NCBI GenBank assembly: GCA_951406725.2
Contig: OX597832.1
Span: forward strand, 68,634,001 to 68,698,000
Direction of reading: 5' to 3'
Length of the DNA stretch: 64,000 bases
DNA from: Octopus vulgaris
Lineage: Eukaryota
The position numbers and the translations under genes are program-made. Under the pieces are notes generated by a model that saw only the letters and a list, made by a program, of their open reading frames with translations, was not told the DNA's origin and made no database searches. Each line of letters begins with the position of its first letter. Within the stretch, counting starts at the first letter, position 1. Positions 15,011-28,988 of this stretch are shown here, in pieces.

Positions 15011-16034
15011 ATGCATGCGTTTGTGTGTCTGTGTGTATGTACCCTTCTCTAGACCTCATGTGATGGTGATAAATGACCATCGTTACAAGAGATGCTGATT
15101 GTTTTATAAAAGATCAGCTTGACCAAAAGGAAATACTACCCCAGGGACAGCATCCAGCAGCAGCAGCAGTAAATCTGATTCCTTTAATATGTTCCCCCGA
15201 CACAAGCATGGAAGAACAGTCATTGGATGATGATGATGCTGTGCTTGTGTTTCTATTTCCTTGAACTGATGCTGCTGTAGTGTTGTAAATGAACATCACC
15301 ATCATACAAGCAGTGTTTTTCATTTCTAATGTGCCATGTAAAATTTTCTGACACAGGAAAAATTTACCTTGTATGGAAATAGGCATATGATGTTGAGAGG
15401 AGGGGCAGGAGCAAATCTGCATCAACTAATTCCATCTGACCCATGAAAGCATGGAAAGGTGGTCATTAAAAGGAAGACGACGACGATGATGATGATGACA
15501 ACGACGATAATGGTGATGATGGTGGTGGTGATGTTAATGATGATGATGACGACAACGACGGTGATAATTATGACAATGATGATGGTGATGGTCGGTGAGG
15601 GATGTTGATGAAGATATCAAAAACAACAACAGCAAAATTAGACATTGTAAACGAAGAACAGGGATAGAATATACATCAATTCATTGTCTTTTTACAGCAA
15701 AATAATCTAATCAAGATATTGGAATAATTTAGTTATCTCATTGCTTTGCTTTACTTATTTCCATAAATTAGCTTAACAAATTAGCTAGCATTAATCTGAT
15801 ACCATTACTTAACATATCTGATTGAATTCTGGACTATCTTCACATATATGTATATATACATATATATATAAATGAACACATCTGTGTGTGCGTGTGCGTG
15901 TTGGGGGTATCCTTATGTTCTCTTTGAAAACTATAAAAATTATTTTGAAATATATCGTATTGTTTTTATTTACTTTATTATTATATTTGGTTTCTTTAAA
16001 TGTGATGTAAAATAATAATCAAAACATTCAAAAT

Positions 16035-16065
<31 letters not shown>

Positions 16066-16151
16066 ATATACACACACACATATGGATGTATATATATCAG
16101 TCTTAGAAAAACATCAATCTAGAGAAGTACACTCTAAGAAGTAGACCAGTC

Positions 16152-16623
16152 TATATTTTTTCCTGGTAAGTTAGTGAGCTGGTAGATATGTTAGCATGCT
16201 GCGTGAAATGCTTAGCAGTATTTCATCTGTCTTTATGCCCAGAGTTCAAATTACCCCGGTGTTGATTTGCCTTTCATCCTTTCGGGGTCGAGAAATTAAG
16301 TGCCAGATACATACAGGGGTCGAGCTAATCGTCTGGCCCCTCCCCCAAAATTCCAGGCCTTGTGATTAGAGTAAAAGAGTATATTTTTTCTTGGTGAAGG
16401 CTGGTTTATGGGGTTACTCTGAGTGTCCTGTCATAAAGGGTTTAATTTTATGGCGTATCATCAGACCCCAATACCTTTTGGCCTAAGACCTCTTTAAAAT
16501 ATCTTAAAGAGCTCTTAGGCCAACAGGTCTTGGGGTCTGATGATATGCCATAAAATTAAACCCTTTATGGACAGGACACCCAGGGTAACCTCATAAACTG
16601 GGTTTTATCAGGAAAAAGATATA
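16152..16623. mobile_element. ~245-bp foldback/MITE-like palindrome interrupted near its left end by a SINE
   Basis: 16381-16500 is the reverse complement of 16501-16623, with centre TTAAAATATCTTAA; TA at both outer ends. Confidence 0.85.
16171..16381 (+). mobile_element. Meta-like SINE with ~17-bp target-site duplication
   Basis: ATATTTTTTCCTGGT at 16153 is repeated as ATATTTTTTCTTGGT at 16381; TTGCCTTTCATCCTTTCGGGGTCGA core. Confidence 0.85.
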
Positions 16624-16635
16624 TACATATATATG

Positions 16636-18490
16636 GGTTATGGCCTAATCACCTGTATTGTAAATCAGGTAATTCACAAAGGAGTCATACCCAGTGATTG
16701 GTGTAGCAGAAACATAGTCAACTGTTACAAAGGTAAAGGTGATGCTTTAGATAGAAATAAATACAGGGTATCAAATTGCTGGATCAGATGATGACAGTCA
16801 CGTAGACAGTCATAACCCAACTTATTAGGGAGTGAGTTAGCCTAGATGAGATGCAGTTTTGTTAGGTGCCAGGTAGAAGAACCACAGATGCTATATTTCT
16901 GGTAAGGAAACTGCAGGAGAAATACCTAGCCAAAGATAAACCTCTGTACTTGGCCTTTGTTGACTTGGAGAAAGCCTTTGACAGAGTCCTCCGATCCCTT
17001 ATCTGGTGGTTAATGTGGAAACTGGGGATAGACAAGTGGCTGGTAAGATTTGTACAAGCCCTGAACAGGGATGCTGTCAGTAAAGTGAGGGTTAGCAATG
17101 AGTATAGTGAGGAATTTCGGGTAGAAGTAGGGGTTCGCCAAGGATCAGTCCTCAGTCCCCTCTTATTCATCATAGTACTCAAGGTAATAACAGAAGAATT
17201 CAAGACAGCTTGCCCTTGGCAGCTCTACTATGCTGATTACCTTGCTCTAATAGCTGAATCACTACAAGAACTAGACACAAAGTTTTAGGTGTGGAAACAA
17301 AGTCTAGAATCAAGGGCCTTAGAGTCAATCTAGCAAAAACCTAGTAAGTAGGAAGGCAGACAAATCATAAACCCTTCAGGTAGATGGCCCTACTCGATCT
17401 GTAGAAAAGGCATAGGTAGAAACTCCATAATATGTAACTGGTGTAAGCTTTGGACACATAAGAGGTGCAGCAATATCAAAGGAAGGTTAATTGGAAAGAT
17501 AGTTTTTGTGTATGGCAGATACACAGGATGCAATAAGCACCGAAAATGTACAGAAAACAGATTCCATCATATGCCAGTGAAAAACTACAAGTAGTCTTTA
17601 GCTCCTGCTACTTAGGTGACCAAGTATGTAGTGGGGGTGGATGCTCTGAGAGCATTGCCACTAGAATAAGAATAACCTGGGCAAAGTTTAGAATGTTCCT
17701 ACCTCTGCTGGCAACAAAGGGCCTCTTGCTGAGAATGAAAGGTAGACTATATGATGCATGTGCGCAAACAGCGATGCTACACAGCAGTGAAACATGGGCC
17801 ATGACTGCTGAGGATATGTGTAAGCTTGAAAGAAATGAAGCTGGTATGATCCACAGGATGTGTAATGTCAGCGTGCATACATGACAGAGTGTAAGCACCC
17901 TGAGAGAAAAGATCGACATAAGAAGCATCAGATGTGGTGTGCAAGAGAGACAACTGCACTGGTATGAACAAGTGATATGTATAGATGAGGACAGCTGTAT
18001 GAAGTGTCACACCCTAACAGTAGAAGGAACCTGTGGCAGAGGTAAAACTAGGAAGACATGGGATGAGGTAGTGAAGTGCGACCTTCAAAGGTTGGGCCTT
18101 ACAGAGGTAATGACAAGAGACCAAGACCTTTGGAGATATGCTGTGATTGAGAAGACTCAGCAAGTAAAGTGAGATTGCAGTTGTGACTAATACCTGTGTT
18201 GCAAAACCAGCCTATTTAAAAGTACCCTGAAATCACCGAGCAACACGCTGTGCTTCAGAACATCTGTTGAGTAGAGGGAAATCAGAACTGAAATCGTAGT
18301 CGTGGCCAATGCCAGTGCCACCTGACTGGCAACCATACTGGTGACACGTAATAAGCACCATTCAAGCATGGGTCGATGTCAGTGCCATGTGACTGGCTCC
18401 CTGTGCCAGTGACATGTAAAAAGTACCTTCTGAACATGGTCGAAGCCAGTGCCACCTGACTGGGTCCTGTGCCACTGGCATGTAAAAATC
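16636..18490 (+). mobile_element. Degenerate 5'-truncated RTE LINE
   Basis: TTDAIFLVR, FVDLEKAFDRV, QGSVLSPLLF, YADY (mutated YADD), HSSETWA; 3' UTR repeats; no GAT tail. Confidence 0.95.
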
Positions 18491-19195
18491 ACCTTCTCTA
18501 TATATATATATATATATATACACACACATACACACACATACCCACATATTCATGAATATTTGTTTGTGTGTCTGTGTGTCTGTGTCTCTGTGTGTGCATG
18601 TGGGATTTTATTTTCTATTTCTTCTCAAAGTCTCTTGCGTCATAATCATAGCTTTTCACAGCTCAAACCTAATCATATCCCTTTCACACTAATTCTAATC
18701 TCTTGATAAAAACATTAAATATGAAATCTAGGATTAATATTGCTACAGGAGATTAAAGGTAAACAACATTAGTTTCTTATAATTATATGAATGCTGCATC
18801 GCTTTTTTTTCTTCTTACAGCCCCTACACTTTTAATTGTTATGAACTGTTACCTATATCATTTCCCTTTAATTTACAATCACCATTTTTATCAAAGCAAC
18901 CTCAAAGTTAGGCTATAACATATATTAGTTTTATATTATATTATATCACATAATAATACGTTTATTGCGATACCTGGTGTCAGTAGCCAGAGTTTCCCAC
19001 GTGCTCATTATATAGAAAGTGATTTTTATTTTGTCAAATAAGTTACAGTAATTTTTGGTGCTGTTCATCTTCTGTTAATATTACTGCATAAATTAATCTT
19101 TTTTTTTATTATTATTTTTAGAAGCATCTCGTAAATTGAATTACATTCAGATTTCTATAAGGAAATTCTTGAGATTATTTTTATAATATAATGGT

Positions 19196-19408
19196 TTCAA
19201 ATTTAGGCACAACGCCACAAATCTTTGGTGGTGTGGGGGCTAAGTTCATTACATCAACCCCAGTATCCAACTGGTACTTATTTTATCAACCCCAAATGGA
19301 TGAAAAGTAAGGGTGACCTCAGTGGAATTTGAACTCAGAATGTGAAGCAGGTGAAATGCCACCAAGCATTTTGGCTAGTGTGCTAAGTATCCCGCCAGCT
19401 TGACACCT
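19196..19408 (-). mobile_element. Meta-like SINE
   Basis: CTGGTACTTATTTTATC.ACCCC...GGATGAAA...GGAATTTGAACTCAGAA, reverse of the 1178 family. Confidence 0.8.
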
Positions 19409-20043
19409 TACTTTTATCACATATTGATAGATGCTACAAATATTCCTTAGCTGACTTCAAATCCCAAATTTATTTCTGTTCAGTGGATTATTTGGCATTC
19501 AATCTGGATCTCCATGCCAAAACTATTGAAGAATTTTCAGCCACTTTGGGTTTACCTTCCTTTATATATTATCTATTCAGTATCCAGATTCATCTGTCTC
19601 CTGTGTTTTCACATTTTTGTAACATGTGTGATTTGTGCAAAGATTTTGCTGCTACTTCTAGCAAGTCTGCTGATCACAGTGAGGATCCCTCATTGGCTTG
19701 AGATATATCTGACAACTATTGGCATTGCTTCACAACAATATCACAAATTTTTCTATATATTATATCTCTTATCATCTTTTTGATAATATATTAAATGATA
19801 TGCCAACTATTGTATCTGTTCACATCTTATTTTACTTCACTTTAAACCTGCATGCTATGTTATATTCTATAGTATAATATTATTGTCTATTATATTATAT
19901 TTTCATATATCATATTATCTATAGATATCTATAGGACTACAATATCCATTAAAATTATTGGTTATCATATGAGACAGATTTGACTGCTATTTCAGGCAAA
20001 GGCAATGACACTGTCGAGATTCTCAACTGACAGAATATTTTTA

Positions 20044-20245
20044 TCATCATCATCATCATCCATTTTCCATGCTGGAATGGGTTTGACGGTTTGACTGAGG
20101 ACTGGGAAAGCCAGGAGGCCTTACCAGACTCAATCTGATCTGGCAAGGGTTCTATAGCTGGATGCCCTTCCTAATGCCAACCAAGAGTGTAGTGGGTGCT
20201 TTTTACATGCCACCAGCATGGGAGTCAGTCAGGTAGCACTGGCTT
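20044..20245 (-). mobile_element. RTE 3'-end fragment
   Basis: (CAT)n followed by TTTTCCATGCTGG...GGATGCCCTTCCTAATGCCAACC. Confidence 0.85.
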
Positions 20246-20869
20246 CTGGATAAAATGAATTGGAGAAGATAAGATTTATATTTTAGAATAGTTAGTTTGA
20301 ATTTCAATGTCTTGTGCATTACTAAACCAGTTGATGCTGTTTCATTTCCTACATATTTGTCTCTTGCACTCCAGAGCCAGTGAAGGAGCCTCGATGTAAC
20401 CATTAGACATGTTAGAAGTAGCAGTAAAATCTTTCCCCAAATCATACCCATTTAAAAGAAATGGGCAAACACTAGGGATAAATGAATGTGAATATTGGTT
20501 AGATAATGTACTAAAGAAGACAGAGCAAAAATTACTGGAAATTCTTCAATGATTGTTCTACTCGGTTGATGTTCAACATCTCTACTTTCATTATAAATCC
20601 TACAGTTTGTGTTTAACACATTTCAAGTTGTGAAATATGTTAAATATTTCACTAAAGACTAGCCATAAATTGTGTTGAAGCAGACTGAAAGAGATTGTTA
20701 TCTTGTTCAACATCAAAGTTTTTGAAGAAACAACAAAACCAGCCATCATTGTTCACTTGTCAACCAAACACTTTGTTGCTGCTGTTGTTGTTACTGTTCA
20801 TCTCATTCTATCAGGCTGTTTTGTCTCTGACTTGCTTTCCTTACCCCTCATCCCACCTTCTCTCCCCCT

Positions 20870-20908
<39 letters not shown>

Positions 20909-21091
20909 ACACACACACACACACACACACACAATAACACTCCTTATATCTTTCATTTTCTTTTTAAGTGTTTTCATTTCTTCTTATACATATGTGACTG
21001 AAAATATATAGTTTATTTCACTATGGTTTCTACCAACTCACAAACTGTATACAACTACTATCACCAATAATAATAATAATAATAATAATAA

Positions 21092-21147
<56 letters not shown>

Positions 21148-21149
21148 AT

Positions 21150-21505
21150 AACAGTGCCCAGCTGACAACAAGGTTTGTGAAAAGGAAGAAAGAAAAGTTG
21201 ATAGATATGACATGTTAGCTTGGGAGGTTAAGCAGCTGTGGTTGCCGAAAAAGGTGGTAGTAGTACCAATAATTGTCAGAGCCCTGGGAACAGTGAGTAA
21301 AAGTCTTCAGAAGTTCATGGAGCAAATAGGGGCTGCAATAAGGGTGGAGCACTTGCAGAAAACAGCACAGCTTGGAACTGCTCGAATATTCCGGAAGGTG
21401 CTTAAAAAATAATGGGTGTTACATTAGTTCGCTGGTAGTGAACAGCTGACACCGTAGTACATCTCCAATGTTAGAAGCTGTTCAAAGACAATAAAGTAAT
21501 AACTT
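21150..21505 (+). mobile_element. R4/Dong-type LINE 3' fragment (restriction-like endonuclease) next to (AAT)/(AGT) tract
   Basis: KVDRYDMLAWEVKQLW..KVVVVPIIVRALGTV...LQKTAQLGTARIFRKVL. Confidence 0.85.
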
Positions 21506-22278
21506 GGCGCAAAGCAAGCAGTTTCAGAGAGTGAGGTAAGTTGATTTCATTGATCCCCAATAGGTAACTGGTACTTATTTTATTGACCCCTGAGAGGATG
21601 AAAGGCAAAGTTGACCTCGGTGGAATATAAACTTGGAATGTGAAAACAAACAAAATGCTGTTATTCATTTTACCCTGGGGGTGCTCGGGTGAACTGGCAG
21701 AATTGTTAGCATGCCAGACAAAATGCTTATTGGCATTTCATGTCTCTACATTATGGGTTCAAATTCTGCTACGGTTACCTTTGCCTTTCATCCCTTCAGA
21801 GTTGAGAACATAAGTACCTGTAAAGTACTGGGTTTGATGCCATCAAATAGCTCCCTCCCACTAAATTCAAAATATCATTATTATTATTAATGATAGAATC
21901 AAATTTTGGCACAAGGCCAAGAATCAACCTCAATTCTTGACAAGTATTTCATTTTTTCAAACTCCCAGAAAGAATGAAAGACAAAGTGAACCCTGGCAGA
22001 ATTTGAATTCAGACCTAGAAGTAATGATGTTTGATTCACTAACAATTCTACCTTCTCCATAATAATCATAATAATAATCCTTTCTATTAAAGGCACAAAG
22101 CCTGAAATTTTGTAGGGAGGGGACTAGTCAATTACACCAACCCTAGTGTTTCACTGGTACTTAATTTATCGAACTCCGAAAGCCGACCTCAGTGGAATTT
22201 GAACTCAACACAAAGACACACGAAATTCTGCTAAGTACTTTGTCCAGCATGTTAACAATTCTGCCAGCTTGCTGCCTT
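21500..22278. mobile_element. Cluster of four Meta-like SINE copies (-,+,-,-)
   Basis: Core motif at about 21570-21630, 21780-21820, 21940-22010 and 22155-22210. Confidence 0.75.
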
Positions 22279-22292
22279 ACTACTATCACTAT

Positions 22293-22346
<54 letters not shown>

Positions 22347-22363
22347 AAATAATAATAATAATG

Positions 22364-22415
<52 letters not shown>

Positions 22416-22417
22416 GG

Positions 22418-22471
<54 letters not shown>

Positions 22472-22473
<2 letters not shown>

Positions 22474-24029
22474 TCTTGGATTGTTGAATGCCTGCAGGTG
22501 TTTTGTTTTACTGACAACATCACAGATTTTCTGATGCATAGCATGAAAGGATGGAAAACCAAATTGTACTCAAGTAATGTGTTCCTTGGAGAAGTTAATA
22601 TTAAAAGGGGAATCTTGTAAGGTGACTCGTTTTCACCATTATGATTTGTAATTGCACTAATACCCATAACAATGACACTCAGGAAAGTTAAGATGGGCTA
22701 CCGATGCGGGAAGAAAGGCCCATCATTGAACCGTTTTCTGTTTATGGATGACCTGAAATTGTTTGGGAAATCTGAAAAACAGATAGATTCCTTAACCAAA
22801 ATAGTCTAGAAGTGTGGTAGGGACATCAGTATGGAATTTGGGATTACCAAATGCTCAGTACTTAATATGAAAACAGAGAAGAAAGCAGCCTGCAGAGCAT
22901 TGCGGTTACCATCAGGAGAGACTATGGGTGAACTCAACGGTAGTGGGTATAGATATTTAGGGATTTGGGAACTAGATGACATTCTACACAGAGAAATGAA
23001 AATCAAGGTTAGTGAGGAGTATCAAAGAAGGTGAAGATGGTGTTGAAATCCAACCTGAATGCCATAAATTTGATTACCACAATGAATATCTGGGCAGTTG
23101 TGGTGGTCAGAAATAGAACGTCCATCCTCAAATGGACTAAGGAGGAAATATCAACACTGGATAGTAGGACAAGAAAGCTGATGACATTACATGGGGCACT
23201 ACACCCTAAAGCAAACATAAACAGACTGTATATGAAAAGAAAGAATGGTGGCAGAGGACTAATTCGTATAGATCATTGTATAAGGAGTGAAAGGAAAACG
23301 CTTGCTGAGTATTTGATAAATAGTGATGAAGACCTGCTGCAATATGCCACAAAAGACATGGGTGTAAATGCAGATGAAATGATGAGCAAGGAAGTGTTTA
23401 ACGAAAGAGCTGAGGAAAAGAGGAAAGAAGACCTTGAAATGAGAAAGCATGGACAGTTTGAAAGGAATACACAAGACGTTAAGGATAATACAGCATCATG
23501 GATATGGCTTGAGTTAGGTGATTTGAAGCATACCACCAAAAGCCTGATCATTGCTGCACAAGACCGGGCTCTTGCTACCATTTTAGTGAAGTATAACATC
23601 TATAAAACACACACATTATTGTAGTGATGAAAAGGAAGAAGGAAACCAAGATCTTAGATGTTGCCATTCCAGTGAATGGATGAGTGGATGAGAAAAAGCA
23701 GAAAACGTTTAATAAGTACAATCTACAAAAAGATGAAATTGCAGAGATGTGGGCAATGAAGTGTGTAACTGTCATACCAGTAGTTGAAGGGGCAGTGAAG
23801 GCATTAACAAGCAGGTTTGAGAAATTTTTTGCAGGAACTGGGATTGACATGAGGGTTGAACCTGTTCAAAGAACCGCTCTATTGGGGACAGCGAAGAATT
23901 GGGGAATGGTACTTGGGTATTAAGTATCAGGGAAAGAGACTCTGTGAGCCCTTTGACAACAGGCTGCTGTCTACTCTTATAGAATTAACTGGAGAAGGTC
24001 AAATTGAGAGCTCTGTGAAGTGAAATGGA

Positions 24030-24030
<1 letters not shown>
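22472..24030 (+). mobile_element. R4/Dong-type LINE, RT plus RLE, 5'-truncated, flanked by (AAT)n
   Basis: IKRGIL*GDSFSP, FLFMDDLKLF, YRYLGI, LHPKANINRLY..RKNGGRGL, IIAAQD, LDVAIP, VQRTALLGTA. Confidence 0.92.
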
Positions 24031-24077
<47 letters not shown>

Positions 24078-24823
24078 CAAGAAAGGTCTGAAAAAGGAAA
24101 CAGAAGGTTTTGTTATTGCAGTGCAAGATCAGAGTGTACCTACCAGAAACTATTGTGAAAATGTCCTTAAATACAGATCTGACCCCTCATGCAGAATTTG
24201 CGGAAAATTCACAGAGACAATTGATGATGTTGTTTCTGGCTGCCCAGTCCTTCCTGAAAAGGAGTAACCTCATAAGACATGAGAGACCAAGGCAGTACAT
24301 CCACTGAAATGCTCGTAAATACTACAAAATTAAATCCCATGATAAATGGTACAGACACCATCTAGAGGATGTAGTAAATGGCGTGGGCGTCACCATCCTT
24401 TGGAAGTTCCCCATACAAACAGAGGAACTTGTCTGTTTTATAGATATGTCTGTCCCACAAGATCAAAATGCTTCAAGAAAAGAATACGAGAAACTTTTTC
24501 ACTATAAAGATCTGTAAATTGAAATCCCAAAAATGGGGAAGCTTAGTACTACGATAATACTATTAGTGATTGGTTTGTTGGGAATGATAAAGAAGGGAGC
24601 TGAGAAGTATATTAAGCAACTCCCTAGTAACTCCAATCTCTGTGAACTACAAAAGATAACCTTGATGGGTACAGCCCATATACTAAGGAAAGCACTCTCC
24701 ATCTAAAATGAAATAAGTGTGGTGATAATTTTAGCAAGACACAAATGCCCCTGCTATTCTTGGCATTAGGAGGAGCTTGGTACTAAGGCAGCTGAAATAA
24801 AATTATAATGAAAAGAAACCATA

Positions 24824-24825
<2 letters not shown>
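24078..24825 (+). mobile_element. Second R4/Dong-type LINE 3' fragment with (AAT)n tail
   Basis: KKETEGFVIAVQDQ, CRICGKFTETIDDVVSGC, RH, IDMSVP, LQKITLMGTAHILRKAL. Confidence 0.9.
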
Positions 24826-24882
<57 letters not shown>

Positions 24883-24901
24883 TAATAATAATTATTATTA
24901 C

Positions 24902-24949
<48 letters not shown>

Positions 24950-24969
24950 CCCTATTATTATTATCATTA

Positions 24970-25110
24970 TTATTGTTGTTGTTGGATCCTTGGGAACAGT
25001 ATCAGAAGGCATCCAGAGGAATATAAAGCAAATGGGAATAGAGTACCCAGGAGAACTATTACAAAAGGATTGCCTCTTTGGTTTAGCCAGAGATAAAAAG
25101 AGTGGCAACA
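24970..25110 (+). mobile_element. Small R4/Dong RLE fragment
   Basis: VVGSLGTVSEGIQRNIKQMGIEYPGELLQKDCLFG. Confidence 0.65.
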
Positions 25111-25495
25111 ATAAATTCAGTGAAAGAGCAAATACAGAATCTGTAGATAAGGGGTCAAGAGCATTAATAATTTCTTAAGTGAATATACTGCATGTTTGCA
25201 CAAAAAAGATTAACACAGATATCAGTGTCTGTTAGCAATAGATGGCATTGAGATGTTAACCCCTCAGTTAAGGTGATTATGTGTGTGTGTATGATGATGA
25301 TTATGATATATATATATATAATAGTTATCGCCATACTAATATGGCATTCTTATAAAAATAAGAAAAAAGCTGTCCGCTTATTAGCTCCATGAGGCCATCG
25401 CCTTAAGTTAGCTATTTGATACACAAACTGTATCCATATAACCTTCGAACAAGGGAGGTCAGTCGCTCCACACACACACACACACACACATATAT

Positions 25496-25548
<53 letters not shown>

Positions 25549-26774
25549 CACACAACCATATGAGTGAGTGAAGAAAATTAAAGAATGCAGAACTCCACAT
25601 GTCAGACAGGAGTTATATTTATTTTTAATTACAGCTGAGATGAGCTCCATACACAGACATACATTACAGACAAACAGATAGACAGATGAGAGGAAGTGAG
25701 AGAGAGAGGGAGAGATAGAGGCAATGAGAGAGGAGAGGGAGAGAAGGAAAGAGAGACAGACTGACAGAGAATAGACAAGCACCTGCTTGACAAAACATTA
25801 ATACAACCCTAAATTCCATTGTTTTCTTTCTTTCCTCTAATATTTCTCTCTCTTCCAATCTTGTTAGCTTTTATTACCAAACTAAAAGAGATCTATCAGA
25901 TGACCTTCTTAAAGCAGATAACATTTGTAACAACTGTATCAAACATAACCTTTTTTTCTCTCATTTACTCTTTGCACCAATTTCTTTCTTTCTTTCTTTT
26001 TTACATTATTATATGAAATCTATTAAAATATACATATTGGAAAAAAATGTTAGAAATTTAAAGAAGTAGCAAAAAAAAGGTCAATTTAAAAAAGTAATAA
26101 AAATTTAAATGGATTACTAGGTTTTATGGCTTTTTGACAGCATTTGTAGAAAGTATGTTTGTAGCAATTTAACATTGTGACATCCTAATCATAAAATGTT
26201 CAGAGAGTGTCAGATGTGTTCCACTGAAAAATAGGAGATTCTTTTTTTCTCTAAATGCTGTAATTTTCACTGCAGTCAAAAATCAGAGAACAATTTAAAG
26301 CTGTTTTGACAAGAAAAAAAAAAAAGGAAATAAAGTTATTTTGTAAGTAGGAGTAATACATTGTCTCTAGTGTATGAGAGTGTTCACCAACCAACAGAAA
26401 GCAACTCAATAAATACCCAGGGACACATTCATCAAGAAAAAGTAATAGTAAAGTGTGTGTTGAATGAATAATTTTAATTAAATGAAGTTTGTTGGCTTAC
26501 CATATAAACTATGCTTATGTCATTGAGTTATATAAATTTTAATATTTCACTGGTGTTTACTCAAATCTGGTAGAATGAATGGTAAAGATGAGCTACTCAG
26601 CAACACTTGAACTCATCTGATTTGAAATTTAAGTGTTGTAACAACACTGGAAGTCATTGTGGCCCATGATCTCCAGAATTTCAACCAATTCCCCCAATGT
26701 TTTAAATCAATACAATTATAAAATAATAATTAAACAACTAACCAACTCTGTTCTTCTTGGAGGTTTCATGACAA

Positions 26775-26951
26775 TCATTAGCACACTGGACGAAATGATT
26801 AGCAGTATTTCGCCCATCGCTATGTTCTGAGTTCAAATACTGCTGAGGTTGACTCTGCCTTTCATCCTTTCAGGGTCGATAAATTAAATACCAGTTATGC
26901 ACTGGGGTCAATGTAATTGCCTAGTCCCCTACTCCCAAATTTCAGGCCTTG
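26775..26951 (+). mobile_element. Meta-like SINE, 3' end replaced by an RTE fragment
   Basis: GCCTTTCATCCTTTCAGGGTCGATAAATTAA core; joins RTE sequence after CAGGCCTTG. Confidence 0.8.
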
Positions 26952-28176
26952 CAGAAACTCCATAAGACGTACCCAGTGTAAGCTATGGACACATAAGAGG
27001 TGCAGCAATATCAAAGGTAGGCTAACTGGGAAGATATCTTTTGTATGTGGCAGATACTCAGGAGCAATAAACACTGAAAATGTGCAGAGAACAACTTTCG
27101 CCACATTCCAGGGAGAAAAACTAGAAATAGTTGATAGCTTCTGTTACCTAGGTGAACAAGTCAGTAGCGGGAGAGGGTGTGCTGAAAGTGTAGTTGCTAG
27201 AATAAGAATAGCCTGGGCAAAGTTCAGAGAGCTCTTACCTCTGCTGGTGACAAAAGGCCTCTTGCTCAGAGTAAAAGGCAGACTGTATGATGCATGTGTA
27301 TGAACACCCATGCTACACGGCAGTGAAACATGGGCTGTGACTGCTGAGGACATGCGTAAGCTTGCAAGGAATGAAGCCAGTATGCTCCACTGGATGTATG
27401 ATGTCAGTGTGCATACACAACAGAGTGTAAATGCCCTGAGAGAAAAGTTGGATTTAAGAAGCATCAGGTGTGGTGTGCAAGAGAGATGACTGCACTGGTA
27501 TGGTCCTGTGTTGTGAATGGAGGAGAACAGCAGTGCGAAAAAGTGTCACACCCTGGCAGTGTGGGAACCTGTGTAAGAGGTAGACCTAGGAAGATTGGGA
27601 TGAGGTGCTGAAGCACAACCTTCAAACATTGGGCTTCACTGAGACAATGACTAGTGACTGAGACCTTTGGAGATATGCTGTGCTTGAGAAGACCCAACAA
27701 GCCAAGTGAGACCATAACCCATAGCCTATGCCAGTGAGATATAATCAACCCACTTATAAGTACCCCTCATTCATTTGACAATAAACTTTGCTTGTGAAGA
27801 CCTGTTGGGGCAAGTGAAATCGAAATCACTGACAGTACCGCCTGATTGGCATTCATGCTAGTGGAACATTAAAAGCACCACCTGAGTGTGATTGTTACCA
27901 GGGCCGCAGGGTGGCTCCCATGCAGGTGGCATGTAAAAAACACCTTTTGAGTATGGTCATTGCTAGTACCACCAGACTGGCCCTCGTGCTGGTGGCATGT
28001 AAAAGCACCCACTACACTCTCGGATTGGATGTCGTTGGGAAGGGCATCCAGCTGTAGAAACTTTGCCAGATTTGATTGGAGACTGGTGCAACCTTTTGGC
28101 TCGCCAGCCCAGTCAAACCGTCCAACCCATGCCAGCATGTAAAGTAGACATTAAACAACAACGATGATGATGATCA
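26952..28176 (+). mobile_element. 5'-truncated RTE LINE starting inside the PHD finger
   Basis: RNSIRRTQCKLWTHKRC...AWAKFRELLPLL...HGSETWA; 3' UTR; GAT tail at 28163. Confidence 0.93.
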
Positions 28177-28905
28177 TTTATGATGTATCTAGGACTACAA
28201 GATGTAAATGTCACCACTTCTTTTTTTCAAGCATGTGATTTGAATGAGATATCACAAGATAGAGAGATCATTATTTGCCCCATGGAAATCATTAAAGTTG
28301 ATCCATTCAAAGCTCATCCAAGTTCAAATCTCATTGAAGCTGATATAATATTTATTCAAGCAAGAATGAATATAAATAATTACCAGTAATATGTGATAGT
28401 GGAATAAGGTTAAAGGCCTTGAATAGATTCACTATAATTACCCCTTCTTTCTTAATGAGGAACTGGTCTTGCATTGAGTTAAACCAAATACAAAAATTCC
28501 TGGCATTCAAAATCTTTTCTTTGGAATTAAAGCTGCATCAGTTATTTGGAACTCTTTATATAAATAGTTGTGATGGGGTTGACCAGAGGGAGAATAAGAA
28601 GGAGCAGGGGGAGGAAGAATTCAAAGGAGGAGAAAGAGAATGAGAGAAAAAAGAAAACTTGTAACTCTTGCAAACACATAACACTCACTACTCCCCACCC
28701 CCACTCAAATGGGCATTGGTGGAAGAATCTGAGAATGTAAGAGAGTGACAACAACTGTTTTTCAGGGAACATTTCTATGGTATTTCTGGTAAATGTTCAA
28801 AGAAATGGCTGTTTCTAACTCATTTATCTAAACCTGTGATAACCTCACCTTCAATACAGCCTTTTGTACCTCCATATAACATGTATGCACACATTATATA
28901 CATAC

Positions 28906-28950
28906 ATATGTGTATATATAAAGATATATATATGCATATTTATATATACA

Positions 28951-28988
<38 letters not shown>

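Noticed and set aside
20535-20600. Candidate minus-strand exon (AG...GTAATT)
   Set aside because: No polypyrimidine tract and no similarity to the expected next CCDC39 exon.
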